Below are positions 49,201 through 59,676 of a DNA stretch of 64,000 nt, piece by piece. Numbering within the stretch: position 1 is the stretch's first letter; every line of letters begins with the position of its first letter. Origin of the DNA: Chrysemys picta bellii. Taxonomy: Eukaryota. The DNA is taken from assembly GCF_011386835.1 (NCBI RefSeq), contig NC_088791.1:194060001-194124000 (forward strand), written 5' to 3'. The position numbers and the translations under genes were made by a program. The notes beneath the pieces are model-generated. The model was not told the DNA's origin, did no database searches, and was given only the letters and a program-made list of their open reading frames with translations.

Positions 49201-50070
49201 AGCATTTGCACACAGGGCACCAATGCTGGGCTCTGTGTGGCTTGCCTGTGAGTTTACAACAACAGGGTTAGCATTGGCCGTGGCATTTGGGGTTGCTGGT
49301 TTTGGGCTGCCCTTCAGTGTCGGGCAGTCTGGTCTCATGTGGCCCAGCATACCACAGCGATAGCATGTAACCTGCTGGGGATGTGAGTTCCTACCCTCCG
49401 GGCCCCCTTGAACTCCTTTAGAAGAGTCAGGTTTATTTTTAAATCCTTCCCTCCTCTTGAACTGGGGAGAATGGTGATCAGTTTTCCCCGGGGTTTTACA
49501 CCCTTCTCGAGCCCTGTTTTGGGTATGGGCATCCGCAATCTCCGCCGCCCGTAGGACTGACTCAGGGTCCCTGTCACACACAGCTGCTCTCACATTGTCA
49601 GGCACAATGTCTAAGAACTGTTCCAAAGTTATTAAATCCAGCAGTTTTTCAAAACTCCCATGAACCTTGGCTCCCATAACCCACTTTTTAACAAAACCCA
49701 TCAGCTTATGAGCACATTCTACAAAAGTACAATCCTTAGGCATTTTAAACTCTCTAAACTTAACTCTGTAAGATTCAGGAGTAACCTTGAACCGCCTTAA
49801 CACAGAATCCTTAAACCGCTCATAATCTAAGGCTTCTTGTTCCCCCAAGTCATTAAACACCTCCCTGGCTTTTCCAGTCAGTCTGGTTAGCAGGACAGGC
49901 ATTCGCTGACCCTCAGGGATCTGGTACAGATTGCAGAGGCGTTCAAAGGTAGACAAGAACTCCTCTATATCCTCAGTATCATTGTAAATGGGACACATCC
50001 TTTCCCAGTTTTTCTCATGGCGGGGGGGAAGTGGAGTACCAGGTGAGGATGACTTTCTCCGCTCTTCCAT
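46267..50070 (-). CDS. Gag (SCAN-like capsid, CX2CX4HX4C) - protease (DTA) - degenerate IN/RT/RNaseH fusion, 1267 aa; ends inside the 3' LTR
   Basis: WERMCPIYNDTEDIEEFLSTFERLC...LITLEQFL...AAEIADAH; CYRCGMLGHMRPDC; WRDTAADITLV; RT-like ARACMNKVAVFFSSWQDHM; RNaseH-entry-like DFDKPFLLYT. Confidence 0.85.
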   Translation of the reverse strand: MEERRKSSSPGTPLPPRHEKNWERMCPIYNDTEDIEEFLSTFERLCNLYQIPEGQRMPVLLTRLTGKAREVFNDLGEQEALDYERFKDSVLRRFKVTPESYRVKFREFKMPKDCTFVECAHKLMGFVKKWVMGAKVHGSFEKLLDLITLEQFLDIVPDNVRAAVCDRDPESVLRAAEIADAHTQNRAREGCKTPGKTDHHSPQFKRREGFKNKPDSSKGVQGGPEGRNSHPQQVTCYRCGMLGHMRPDCPTLKGSPKPATPNATANANPVVVNSQASHTEPSIGALCANAVSVVSEGFDLKTHIKAKYGGNNAEFISSAEVNGVRCMAWRDTAADITLVKASLVRKEDYLPGEDVTVVALSKYFVRVPLAKIHLKWKGLEGTMVVGVKDIIPKDIMIGNDIKAMVSQVNTNQAQERIDPKVVPMEGFSKSLSLESSCLAVNEVSECLSKVSEVNLELDQAKGEENKEILDEPRQSCELMALSSQQFGKARRVEDECPYTLSVSCAKNSDSEGNVPVSVRGINLPMEEATPVSKQLSVNSPVCWDKGNEIPNSMSSKGKCVSNSFLSVEQTEGAFRPVMVESNLVVSELVLDSTKAQEGNGPKFASAGENGPVTRLHPVSGLAKSQRPNNSGACILPVAHVWLEKGVTTLSDQGDTLARAQGEQKGNLVVLPTDSLTTCSKKEKIPKLVCGKEKGSISNLLSRKSMGSPERGLCRDLPDGPKVILNVSKTQTESVVAQESVPLEQALGEEGMGRISVRGELLLKKAPEERNPHGTRCKQFPAIEGCESDLIKKVSVPRKGSTNFPCKRSSVGSFKKVSEEVKVVKELRHPYNPVAVWGRLVGETMVLEQECLLSDSLNEQFVLQGLRTDLVTDVSEQSSFMAKCLRMRGRGSKLSPADSLDLCGISLRQSPALEMIAVTNMKTGGLALVWGSANYLPGWERKDLLIAVSKEGPPHQPVNSVKQKKSGFDPAGQGGKRKLNFAKGSRRLTLKCPNSNGIEPKGWHDKHDCRWTLAMNLLLLLNFVINVLLLPQTVKIYNVPNLLENSLNMLKGIHENTRYVKRPCYTGVSQAMHINNMGTFHRGKDIPDLMCCMKRKTEAHYHIAFMAKCQDSWTMKNINICIYSMLIGFQTLARACMNKVAVFFSSWQDHMAHTGTMLPEQIQSTIVLTKCYLEFVKRFNHVVEHDFDKPFLLYTGMASNPILAVVRQNPGWGALGMQSVMFVSSLPASILRWGCDVIDINWDHIDHCCNQGPVVAPKSCIKGVKWGV

Positions 50071-50435
50071 TACTTGGAGCTGAAGTCTGGCCGTCTCGCA
50101 GCGAGCAGCTCTAGACGCCCCTTACGAGCTCTCTCTTCTCTCTCATCAGCCTCCTTCTCTAATTCTGCTATTTTTTGCTTCTCCAGCAATCGAAGATCTG
50201 CTAGCTTCTGTTCATGCTCAAATTGCAGTTTACTTGTCACCCTTTGCATCCTAATTTTTTCTGCATCTTCTGCAGCCTCAGGTAAGGGCTGTGCTCTTGC
50301 CCCCTGATCACTGGCTATCAGCAGATTTCTCAATTCTTCCTTTGTAGCTTTCTTTCTAAAGCTTATCCTCTTTTCTGAACACAAATTTTCCAGGGCTTTT
50401 TTCCCAAGTTCCTCATATGCTCTTTGCTCAGCCAT
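50070..50435 (-). CDS. Gag N-terminal ORF (small helical domain plus coiled coil), 121 aa
   Basis: YEELGKKALENLCSEKRISFRKKATKEELRNLL followed by an E/K/R-rich heptad region; its stop TAA overlaps the ATG of the next ORF (TAATG). Confidence 0.75.
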   Translation of the reverse strand: MAEQRAYEELGKKALENLCSEKRISFRKKATKEELRNLLIASDQGARAQPLPEAAEDAEKIRMQRVTSKLQFEHEQKLADLRLLEKQKIAELEKEADEREERARKGRLELLAARRPDFSSK

Positions 50436-50541
50436 TGCAGCAGCTCTTTAACCAACAAAACTCTCAATCCCAAAATTCAAATTTGGATAGCGTGGGGTTC
50501 TGACCCAAAGCTTAATTGACCTGGTTCTGTGGATCCAAGCA

Positions 50542-50552
50542 CGACTACGCCA
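50542..50552 (-). promoter_or_regulatory. Primer-binding site for tRNA-Ser
   Basis: TGGCGTAGTCG one base inside the 5' LTR; complementary to the 3' end of vertebrate tRNA-Ser (...CGACUACG-CCA). Confidence 0.85.
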
Positions 50553-52169
50553 CTGTGACAATGCGGTTCTGGGGGAACCCAACTGAGAGTGCCAACTCAG
50601 GACAAATTGCTCAAATAGGGCAGTTACAGCCCAAGGCTGGGGTTTTTTCCACCTCTAAGGCAAACCAAACCAGCCAGACTAAGAGGACTTCAGTCTCACC
50701 CCACTGGCTAACTGCAAGTCTCACAAGCAATCTCCTTAGATACTCCAGTTTCCCAGTATTACCACCAGTACCACTCGTTATGGGGACAAATGGTTATGAA
50801 AACCAATACCCCAGTAAAAGAAAAAGGTTCTCCTGATCCCAAAGGACCAAGCCCCAGACCCAGGTCAATATACAAATCAGATCTTACCCACAAATCACGC
50901 TGTTGTCAATCCTTTAGAATCTAAAATCTAAAGGTTTATTCATAAAAGGAGAAAGATAGAGATGAGAGTTAGAATTGGTTAAAGGGAATCAATTACATAC
51001 AGTAATGGCAAAGTTCTTGGTTCAGGCTTGCAGCAGCGATGGAATAAACTGCAGGTTCAAATCATGTCTCTGGAATACATCCCCCGCTGGGATGGGTCCT
51101 CAGTACTTTGTTCCAAGCTTCAGCTTGTAGCAAAGTTCCTCCAGAGGTAAGAAGCAGGATTGAAGACAAGATGGAGATCAGGCATCAGCCTTATATAGTC
51201 TTTTCCAGGTGTAAGAACACCTCTTTGTTCTTAAATTACAGCAACATGGAGTCTGGAGTCACATGGGCCAGTCCCTGCATACTTTGCTGAGGTACAAGGC
51301 GTACCTGCCTTCTCTCAATGGGTCCATTGTATAGCTGATGGTCCTTAATGGGCCATTAAGCAGGCTAGGCAGAGCTAATCTCAGCTTGTCTGGGATGTCA
51401 CCCAGAAGCATAGCATAAGTTTGCCATACAGACAGTATAGAGCCAATATTCATAACTTGGACTACAAAACTGATACACACATATAGACAGCATAATCATA
51501 ACCAGTAAACCATAACCTTGTCCTAGACACCCCATTTGACCCCCTTTATACAAGATTTGGGTGCCACTACAGGACCTTGGTTGCAACAATGATCTATATG
51601 GTCCCAGTTTATGTCAATAACGTCACAGGGGGTGGGGAGAGAACCCAGGGCTGGGGCAGCAGGGGAGTGCAGGGGAGGGGGGAGGAGCCCAGGGCTGGGG
51701 TGGGGGGCAGCCAAATGTTTTTTTTTGCTTGGGGCAGCAAAAAACCTAGAGCCGGCCCTGTAGATGCTCCAGCCCAGGGTTCTCTAACACGGGTCAACTG
51801 ACTCAAGTCCCACTAACCCTGGGCTTACAGGGCAGTGTAGACATACCCTAAAGTCCAAACTGCCACTCCCATGGTCTCTGAGTCCCAAAACAAGGTGCCT
51901 CCTGCCTCTTGCAGTGTGAACTCAGAGTGGCAAGCCCCAGTTTTAGCTGTGTTGCTCTGGCCGCCGGGCTGGTCCGGGCTCCTCCACTACATCTGGGCTG
52001 GTCTCCCAGCCCAGCTGTGAATGTGCCCTGGCCAGCTCTCGGGGCTAATCCCTTAGCGCCTGCACCCCCAACTTCAGGCTGTGTCAGGGCCTCTTTATTA
52101 CAACAACAGCAACAGCAACATGTGTTCTCCATAAGCCACATGGTCCTTCTCTCTCCACGCCCCAGAGGT

Positions 52170-52920
52170 GAGCAACAAAGATGACCAAAGGGATGGAATA
52201 CAAGCCACATGAGCAAAAGCTGAAGGAACTGTGTACGTTTAGTTTGGAAAGAGGAGACTAAGGGGGGACAGGACCAGCGTTCCCTCTAATTTTATACGTC
52301 CATGTGCAGAATAAATTTTATTATGTGTGACGCATCACCTCCATATTGGTGAACATAACAAAATACATGTGGTGGGGCTGGGGATGAGGGGTTTGGGGTA
52401 TGGGAGGGGGCTCAGAGCTGGGGCAGAGGGTTGCGGTGCGGGCTCTGGGGTGGGGATGGAGATGATGGATGTGGGGTGCAGGCTATAGGGTGGGGCTGGG
52501 GATGAGGGGTTTGGCCTTTCCCTGGCACAACCCTGAGCCCTGAGTGGGGCTGTGGCCACGCCTCTTAGAGGGAACTTAGGACATGATAGGGGTCTTCAGA
52601 TACTTGACAGGCTGCCATAAAAAGATGGGGAAAAGTTGTTCTCTCTTGGCACAGAGGGCAGGACAGGAAACAGTGGGTTCAAACTACAGCAGAGCAGATT
52701 TGGATTAAATCTCAGGAAAAACTTCCTCCCTGTAAGAACAGGAGGACAATGGAGCAGATGCCTTGGGAGGTCGTGGAAGCTCCTTCACTGGAGGTTTTCC
52801 AAAGGAGGCTGGAACCATCTGTCCTGGACGGTTTAGACACAATGAACCCTGCATCTTGGCAGGGGGCTAGACCAGCTGACCCTTGCGGTCCCTTCTCACC
52901 CGGAGGGCCTATGATTCTAC
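52170..52920 (+). mobile_element. CR1 3' fragment interrupted by a hAT-like MITE (~52275-52575, CAGCGTTCCCTCTAA...TTAGAGGGAAC)
   Basis: CR1 ORF2 C-terminus (GLNLRKNFL...VVEAPSLEVFQRRL) and ATGATTCTA tail; MITE TIRs visible. Confidence 0.75.
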
Positions 52921-54124
52921 GATTGTCAGACAATTCCAGCATTGTATCGTGGAGGGGAGGGACGCGGTAGTTTTCCGTGGGTCCCTTCACGGGGAGCTCA
53001 GGACATTATCAACTGTTCTGGAAACCTTTCTGCAGAGACAAATGGAGCCGAAGTGGCCCAGAGCCTTAGCTCAAAGTGCTTAGCTGCCCCAGCCTGGAGG
53101 GGTTCCTCTTTCATCCGTATTACCGACATGCCTGACAATAGAAACGATGGTAGGCAGCTCTCCTGAGCCCCCATTCTCAAGGCACATCAATTGTCCCAAC
53201 CTGGATTGACAGGAGCGTCCCATCATGTTACCATCCATCAAAAATGAAACATGCGGTTGGATGGACAGTAGAAAACCAGTGGGGACAATAATGATATCAG
53301 GGAAGACAGGCTCTGAGTGCCTTGGGTTACTCACATTCAAAAAACAGAAAGGCCAAGTCCCGCTGTGCTGGCTGACACAGGAGAAAGGGCTCTTGGTGGG
53401 GAGGGGAGTTTGCGGTGTAGACTTTCCCTAAGAAGAGGCAGTTTAATGACAGTGCTGGCACTTCCTGACCACAGTCCACCTGCCAATATGGCGAGGCAGC
53501 CATTCTTGTGAGATTTCAGCTCTTCCATTTCCATTTCTAGCTGGACCTCAAAACGGATGAGGAGCAGTGAAAACAAAAAACAATTCAGTGGGGTGGAGTT
53601 CCCTTGGCTTTTCAAAACCTTCATAAAAGCACGCTTACTTGTATCAATCTTTCATCAGCCGGAAGCGCTGTGTTCCCACTGATTTATTCCGGACACCGCC
53701 TGGAGTGAAGCAGTTAAGTCACCACTGTTTTGGGTTCTGAAATCCCTGGGTAACACCCTCTTAACCAGACAGGGCACTGATGACTTCAGATTCGAACCTA
53801 AACAGAGCCCTGAACATGCAGGGACAAGTCTTCAAATGTCATAGACACTTCTGCACATGCACCCCCTCAGTTGTTCAGGTCCCCTCATGCAGACATGCCT
53901 TTTGGGGTATTTGCACATTTAAACTAGGCGTGCACATGCACACACACACACACACACACCCTGCACGTCCTCTCTTGAAGATCAATCCCATACTATTGAA
54001 TAGAGATGTAGCTATCAAGCCAAGGGCCTATAATATAGGAATGGATTAATTTACTGTTACTATTTGTGGCTATTCCCTACGTCTGATAGCAGATTTTCCT
54101 CTGTGATGAAGAAAGGCTCTGAAT

Positions 54125-54270
54125 TCCCAGCTGGGGGAGTAAAGAGGATTTCTTTAAGAGGTATAAATAGTCCCACGTGGGTTGTCCTGGCAGACTGGAG
54201 AATTACGCGGACTGGGTGTGACTATAGCATTCACTGAGGGTGAAGAAGATACAGATGGATCCAGGTGCAT
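54125..54270 (+). promoter_or_regulatory. Third copy of the TATA/first-exon module (TATAAA 54162-54167; donor weakened to CAG|GTGCAT)
   Basis: Roughly 90% identical to 13716-13860; no plus-strand OR lies downstream within the window. Confidence 0.45.
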
Positions 54271-56491
54271 TGGGGCAGTACGGATTTAATCAGGGGCCCT
54301 GTTAATGCATCATTTTAAAATGCACTTGGAAACTTTGGGCCAAATCCTGTTCTCAGTCACGCTGGTGTAAATATAAAATGGTCCCACTGATTAATGCAGA
54401 TTTACTCTGGATTTACAGCAATGTAACTGGGCAGAATTTGGCTCTTTATGAATGCACTATTTAATAACATGGAAAAAAGACCTTATGAGAATGTGAAGTA
54501 CTCCAAGTTCAAGAAATGCCAATGAAAACAGAACCTGAATTCTGCTCCCTTTGAATGAATTTGTTAGTCTTTAATGATTTGATTGCAAATTATTCCTCAA
54601 TTGACACAACCACAAAGGTTCTTTTCTACAGCAGACCCATTTCAAGTGATTTCAGCTCTTAGTGATGGAGCACCTAAAATAACAAAAGAGGCTCCCCATA
54701 AAACCTGTTTAGCTCTTTTGTTCAACAGTGGGGAGGAACAGATCAAACCACTCTCAGGCATTCTAGGGAGAGTCCCAGAATAGGATAGCTGTTCTTCCTC
54801 ACCCATACTGTCATAGGGCTCTGGCAATCGATCCCCTGGCTTAATGAAGTTCTTTCGTGTGAGGGTGACCCCCCACTCCTTTGGGAGAGGTTAAGCACCG
54901 TCCTGCGTCCATGTATTCCTATACTAATTACAACATTTTGGTAACAGCATTTCACTACCGCTGCATTCAGCACTAAAGTGATTTGTACCCAACACCAGCC
55001 AAAATGTACGACTTTGACACCGCTCTATCTGCTCAATATCTAAGCAGAGCAGGAGCAAACTGTATTTACATAAACACACCCAAAGTCTCTCCCCCTCCCA
55101 GCTAGCTGTCAGGGGAGCACTCATTCAGACCCTGCTTACACAGGTAACTGGAGTTCTAGCGTCTGGTCAGCTGACAGTTTTCCTCTTCAACCGGACGTTC
55201 TGTTAAAAAAAACGGACACCTGGCAAAAACCCTGTCATCACCTGGCAGCCCTGCCGCAGGCACCACCTAGTAAACTGGTGCACCTCACAGGCAACCCCCC
55301 GCCTGGGAACAAAGGAAGGGCTCGGGGGCCACCAGTGCTGGGCAGAGAGACACACTCATGCATGGCCCAGCTATTATCAATGTTGGTACGGATCACAATA
55401 TTGTCCAGATGGGAACAGAGTGGCACCGCCCAGCCGCAGTCCCTGGGGGGCAGCAGGGCCGATACTCCAGGGGGCCCAACAGCCACGAATCATGGGGTGC
55501 GGCGGCTCGGAGCAGGAACAGCCATGAACCCTCCAGCCACCTGGCAGCCACCTCCTCTCGGGGCCAGCCCCTTCTCCTCGCCCATCCCCGGCAGCTCCAC
55601 TTTGCCCTCTGCCACCTGCCGGAGACGCTGGGCTACTCCGGACACCACCCCACCAGCAGCGGGGCTGGTGACCAGCTCCTGATACATGACTTTTCATCAC
55701 TGTCCCCTTCCCAGGTGTACATGGCAGTGTCGGGTGCCTTGCGGCTGGAAGGGGCCTGCACAGGGTGGGGGCTGTGACACACGCTGTTCGGGGGGGGCTG
55801 AACCTTTAAATTGTGCCTCCCACTAGCAACATATCCAGTTTGGGGGGCAGCGCCCCCCATAGTCCTCCAAACTCCGCCCATGCCCCCCTGCACTATGGGG
55901 AAAGGGCCTCACGCAGGGGGTGGGGAGCCATGGCAGAGCTATGTCGTGGAGGCCGAGGGACCATTTCTCTTTAAGCTACTCCACAGGGTGCCAGAAATCA
56001 GAAGTTTTCCGGGGAAAATGGGCCATAGGATCTCTGCAGCGATATCTACGGGTGGTGATTCAAACTGTCTGGAATTGTTGATAAATTGCATCGTTTGACC
56101 ACACTTTGGTTCATTATTGTGTTATGAAATATACTCAAGAGCCCAAATAACAAATGTCAAGTAGGTTTATTAATATGGTGCAGGAAAAAGGTTCGGTATG
56201 ATACCAGTCTCCAAAGAGCCGTCCCGTCACCTTATACTGATGGTGTCCTCCCCCAGTTACTATATGCATACTAGTATCTATATGGTGCCTATAATCCATA
56301 TTATGAATGTGATACATATCTATATGCTATCCAGTATATATTAGGCAACAGGAACAAAGGTGATAGCAAAGTAGAGCAAGACTTTTTCCTGAGTATTTTA
56401 TTAACACACACACACACACACAGAGACAATACTCTGTTTCATTTATTTGTTGCCAGTATCAGACAGTGAACTTTGAACACTTTGTGCCTAA

Positions 56492-57198
56492 TGTTAGAGG
56501 GCTTTCCCTTCACCCCCTCCCCTGGTTCTTGTCACACAGACAGAAAGCAGAAGACCAGAAGTCCAAAGTGCAGGTAATTTGGTGTTTATGGGGGTTAGTT
56601 CCAAGCAAACATATCCATAAGTCTACATGCCGGCAGAGTCTGTTTTCCAGTGTTCTGTTCTTCCCCATTCCCTGCTTCCATTCCCCATTCCCTATTCCCC
56701 ATTCCCCCCTGCTCCTCCTTAGCAGGCCCAAATATATCTGCAGTGCATGCCCCTAGTCACACCCCCTACAACTTATGGTCATGTTCCGTTTTGGAGGGTT
56801 GTGAGTCTGCGGTCTTCACCTGAACTCTTTTCTACCCCATGGGAGGGGTAAGGAGTGAGGTTGTGATTCTTTGGCTTTTAGTGTTCTTATGCCTCGCCCC
56901 TCCCCCCCCGCCACCTCTCTTTCCCCTCCTAACTGCTTCCGTGACCTTGCCTTGAGATAAAGAGTTGAGGCAGTCTTCAAGTGTGCGCTCATGTATGACA
57001 TTCCCACCATGCCCAGTAACCCTTTAGTTGTATCCCTTATCTTTTCCCATTGTACTAAAAGCCCCATCTGGTTGTGGGAAATGCAACACACAGTGTCTTT
57101 TTTCATTGTTCTTCATACATACTAGTATAAGATATGAGTATCAAAAAGTCAACCCCAAAATTCTATCTCAGGCTGACAAACAAGCCTATAGACTAACA
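56492..57198 (-). mobile_element. ERV-like solo LTR (707 bp)
   Basis: TGTTAG...CTAACA inverted termini; the empty site GTGCCTGAGATC is present in the paralogs at ~6985 and ~58035. Confidence 0.85.
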
Positions 57199-58713
57199 CC
57201 AGAGATCACTCTGGTAAGGATTTGGGGAGTATCAAAGTGCACTTTGAAGCAGATGCACCTTCCTCACTCCCCTCCCTCGACCTGGTGCATTGTGCTGCTG
57301 TGTGGTAGGGTTAAACCACTGGGGACAGACTCTCAAATGGTCAAGTTTTCCAGGGAAAATGGGCCATAGGATCTCTGCAGTGATATCTATGGGTGGTGAT
57401 TCAAACTGTCTGGAATTGTTGATAAATTGTATCGTTTGACCACACTTTGGTTCATTATTTTGTTATGAAATATACTCACGAGCCCAAATAACCAATGTCA
57501 GGCAGGATCACTGTTAAGAACATAAGAACAGACATTCTGAGTCAGACCAATGCTCCATCTATCCCAGTATCCTGTCTTCTGACAGCAACCAATGTCAGGT
57601 GTCCCAGAGGGAATGAACAGAACAAGGAATCATCAAGTGATCCATTCCCTGTCGCCCATTCCCAGCTTCTAGCAAACAGAAGCTAGGGACACCATCCCCG
57701 CCCAGCCTGGCTAATAGCCATTGATGGACCTATCCTCCATGAACGTATCTAGTTCTTTTTTTAACTTCTCTAGTTCTTTTATTACAATATTTGTGGCTAA
57801 TGTTATTGGTACTTAATGCATACAGCTAGTATATAGATATGGTGCAGAAAGAACATATTATCAATGTGATATATATATATGCTGTCCAGCTTATATTAGG
57901 CAACGGGAACAAAGGTGATAGAAGAGCAGAGCAAGACTTTCTCCCGAGTATTTTATTAACACACACACACGGAGACAATACTCTGTTTCATTTATTTATG
58001 GTCAGTATCAGAAAGTGAACTTTGAACACTTTGTGCCTGAGATCACTCTGGTGAGGATTTGAGAAGTTTCAAAGTGCTCTTTGAGGCAGACACACCTTTC
58101 CTCGCCCCCCTCTCTTGACCTGGTGCATTGTGCTGCTGTGTGGTAGGGTTAAACCACTGGGGACAGACTCTCAAATGTTCAGAAACCACAACTAAGGCCA
58201 GATTAACAACAACAACAACAACAACAAAAAGGTTGTCACCCAGCAGCTTCCATCGTGGCACGTTTGGCACAGAAGAGCCCAGCACTCAGCTTATTCTGGT
58301 GCTTAAATGGCCCCAGGTGTGTTGCTACATTTCAGAGGTGACTGAATTTGAGGGGCAGATACAGCATTTGTTCCTGCAGTATGCACCTCCGTGGCTGTGG
58401 CTGGGTGCGTCAGTAATAAAGGCCAGATGTTCCAGCAAAGAAAGAGAAGTTGCAAGGAGCCTTCACACTCCTCTTCACACTCTTTCACACTCCACACACG
58501 GGGCCAAGGGAGGACAAGGTCATGGCCAAGATCACCTTCCGGCCAGCAGCGCTACGCTCGTGTAGGGGTCGGTGTATTGCTCCCTGTGAGTTGGAGGTGG
58601 AGTTCCCATCCCAGTATACACAAAGCCCCCACAAGCATGCTGTCTAATTAACTCAAAAAACCTCTCCTGCATCCTCTGCTTCCTGATGTCTCCACAGCCC
58701 CCTCCTGCTCAGC

Positions 58714-59676
58714 CTAGATGCTCTTCCCTCGGAACAGAAGAAGCACTCGGATGCGAATCTGTTTGGTTTTCACACCGTACACAATGGGGTTCATCATGGG
58801 AGGAAAGAGGAGGTAGAAATTGGCCAGCAGGATGTGTACGTGTGGGGCGACATGGCGCCCGAACCTGTGTACTGTTGAGGAGAGGACCACGGGGATGTAG
58901 AATACTAAGATGGCGCAAAGATGGGAGCCACAGGTGCTGAAAGCCTTGAGCTGTTCTTCCTTGGATGCCAGGCTTAAGACAGCCCTTAGAACCTTGATGT
59001 ATGACAGGACGATGAACATCAGATCCAGCCCCACGATGAAGACAGTTACGATGATCCCATAGATGTTATTGAACCTGGTGTCAGCACAGGCCAGCTTCAC
59101 CACGGCCATGTGCTCACAGTAGCAATGGGAGATGACGTGGGACTGGCAGAAGGGCAGCCTCCTCATGAGGAAAGGCAAAGGGACTGCTGGCAGAACAGCC
59201 CGAGCCAAAGCTGCCAGCCCGATCTTTGCTATCACTGAATTGGTCAGGATGGTGGCGTACCGCAGGGGGTTGCAGATGGCCACGTACCTGTCAAAGGCCA
59301 TGGCCAGCAGCAGAGCAGACTCCAGGGTGCAGAACAAGAGAATGAAAAACATCTTTACCAGGCAGCCGTTAAAGCTGATCTCCCTGGAATTAAACCAGAA
59401 GATGGTCAGTATTTTCGGCACGGTGGTGGTGGATAAAACCAGGTCGATGACGGCCAGCATGGCGAGGAAATAGAACATGGGCTTGTGTAAGGAGGGCTCT
59501 GTCTTGATAACGTACAAGAGGGTGCAGTTTCCTAGAAGGGCCACGGTGAACATCGAGCAGAAGGGGATGGAGATCCAGGGGTGCAGAGCTTCCAGCCCTG
59601 GGATGCCCGTCAGGAAGAACATGGACGGATCAGAGCCTGTGCCATTGGGAGCTGACAGGTTGCCCTGCAGGAGCAT
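58714..59676 (-). CDS. Class I olfactory receptor (OR52-like), 320 aa, intact; paralog of 7649-8611
   Basis: All OR motifs are present; about 88% amino-acid identity to the 8611 copy by manual comparison. Confidence 0.95.
   Translation of the reverse strand: MLLQGNLSAPNGTGSDPSMFFLTGIPGLEALHPWISIPFCSMFTVALLGNCTLLYVIKTEPSLHKPMFYFLAMLAVIDLVLSTTTVPKILTIFWFNSREISFNGCLVKMFFILLFCTLESALLLAMAFDRYVAICNPLRYATILTNSVIAKIGLAALARAVLPAVPLPFLMRRLPFCQSHVISHCYCEHMAVVKLACADTRFNNIYGIIVTVFIVGLDLMFIVLSYIKVLRAVLSLASKEEQLKAFSTCGSHLCAILVFYIPVVLSSTVHRFGRHVAPHVHILLANFYLLFPPMMNPIVYGVKTKQIRIRVLLLFRGKSI

Larger units (their letters stand above)
45298..51627 (-). mobile_element. Full-length, very young Gypsy/Gmr1-like LTR retrotransposon, non-autonomous (6330 bp)
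   Basis: Two 1074-bp TG...CA LTRs (45298-46371, 50554-51627) with one mismatch seen; TSD GGGGG; PBS; gag with SCAN-like capsid and CCHC knuckle. Confidence 0.95.

Noticed and set aside
52998-53180. PSFLLSGM resembling an OR N-terminus
   Set aside because: No GN, LHxPMY or other OR motif follows in any frame.
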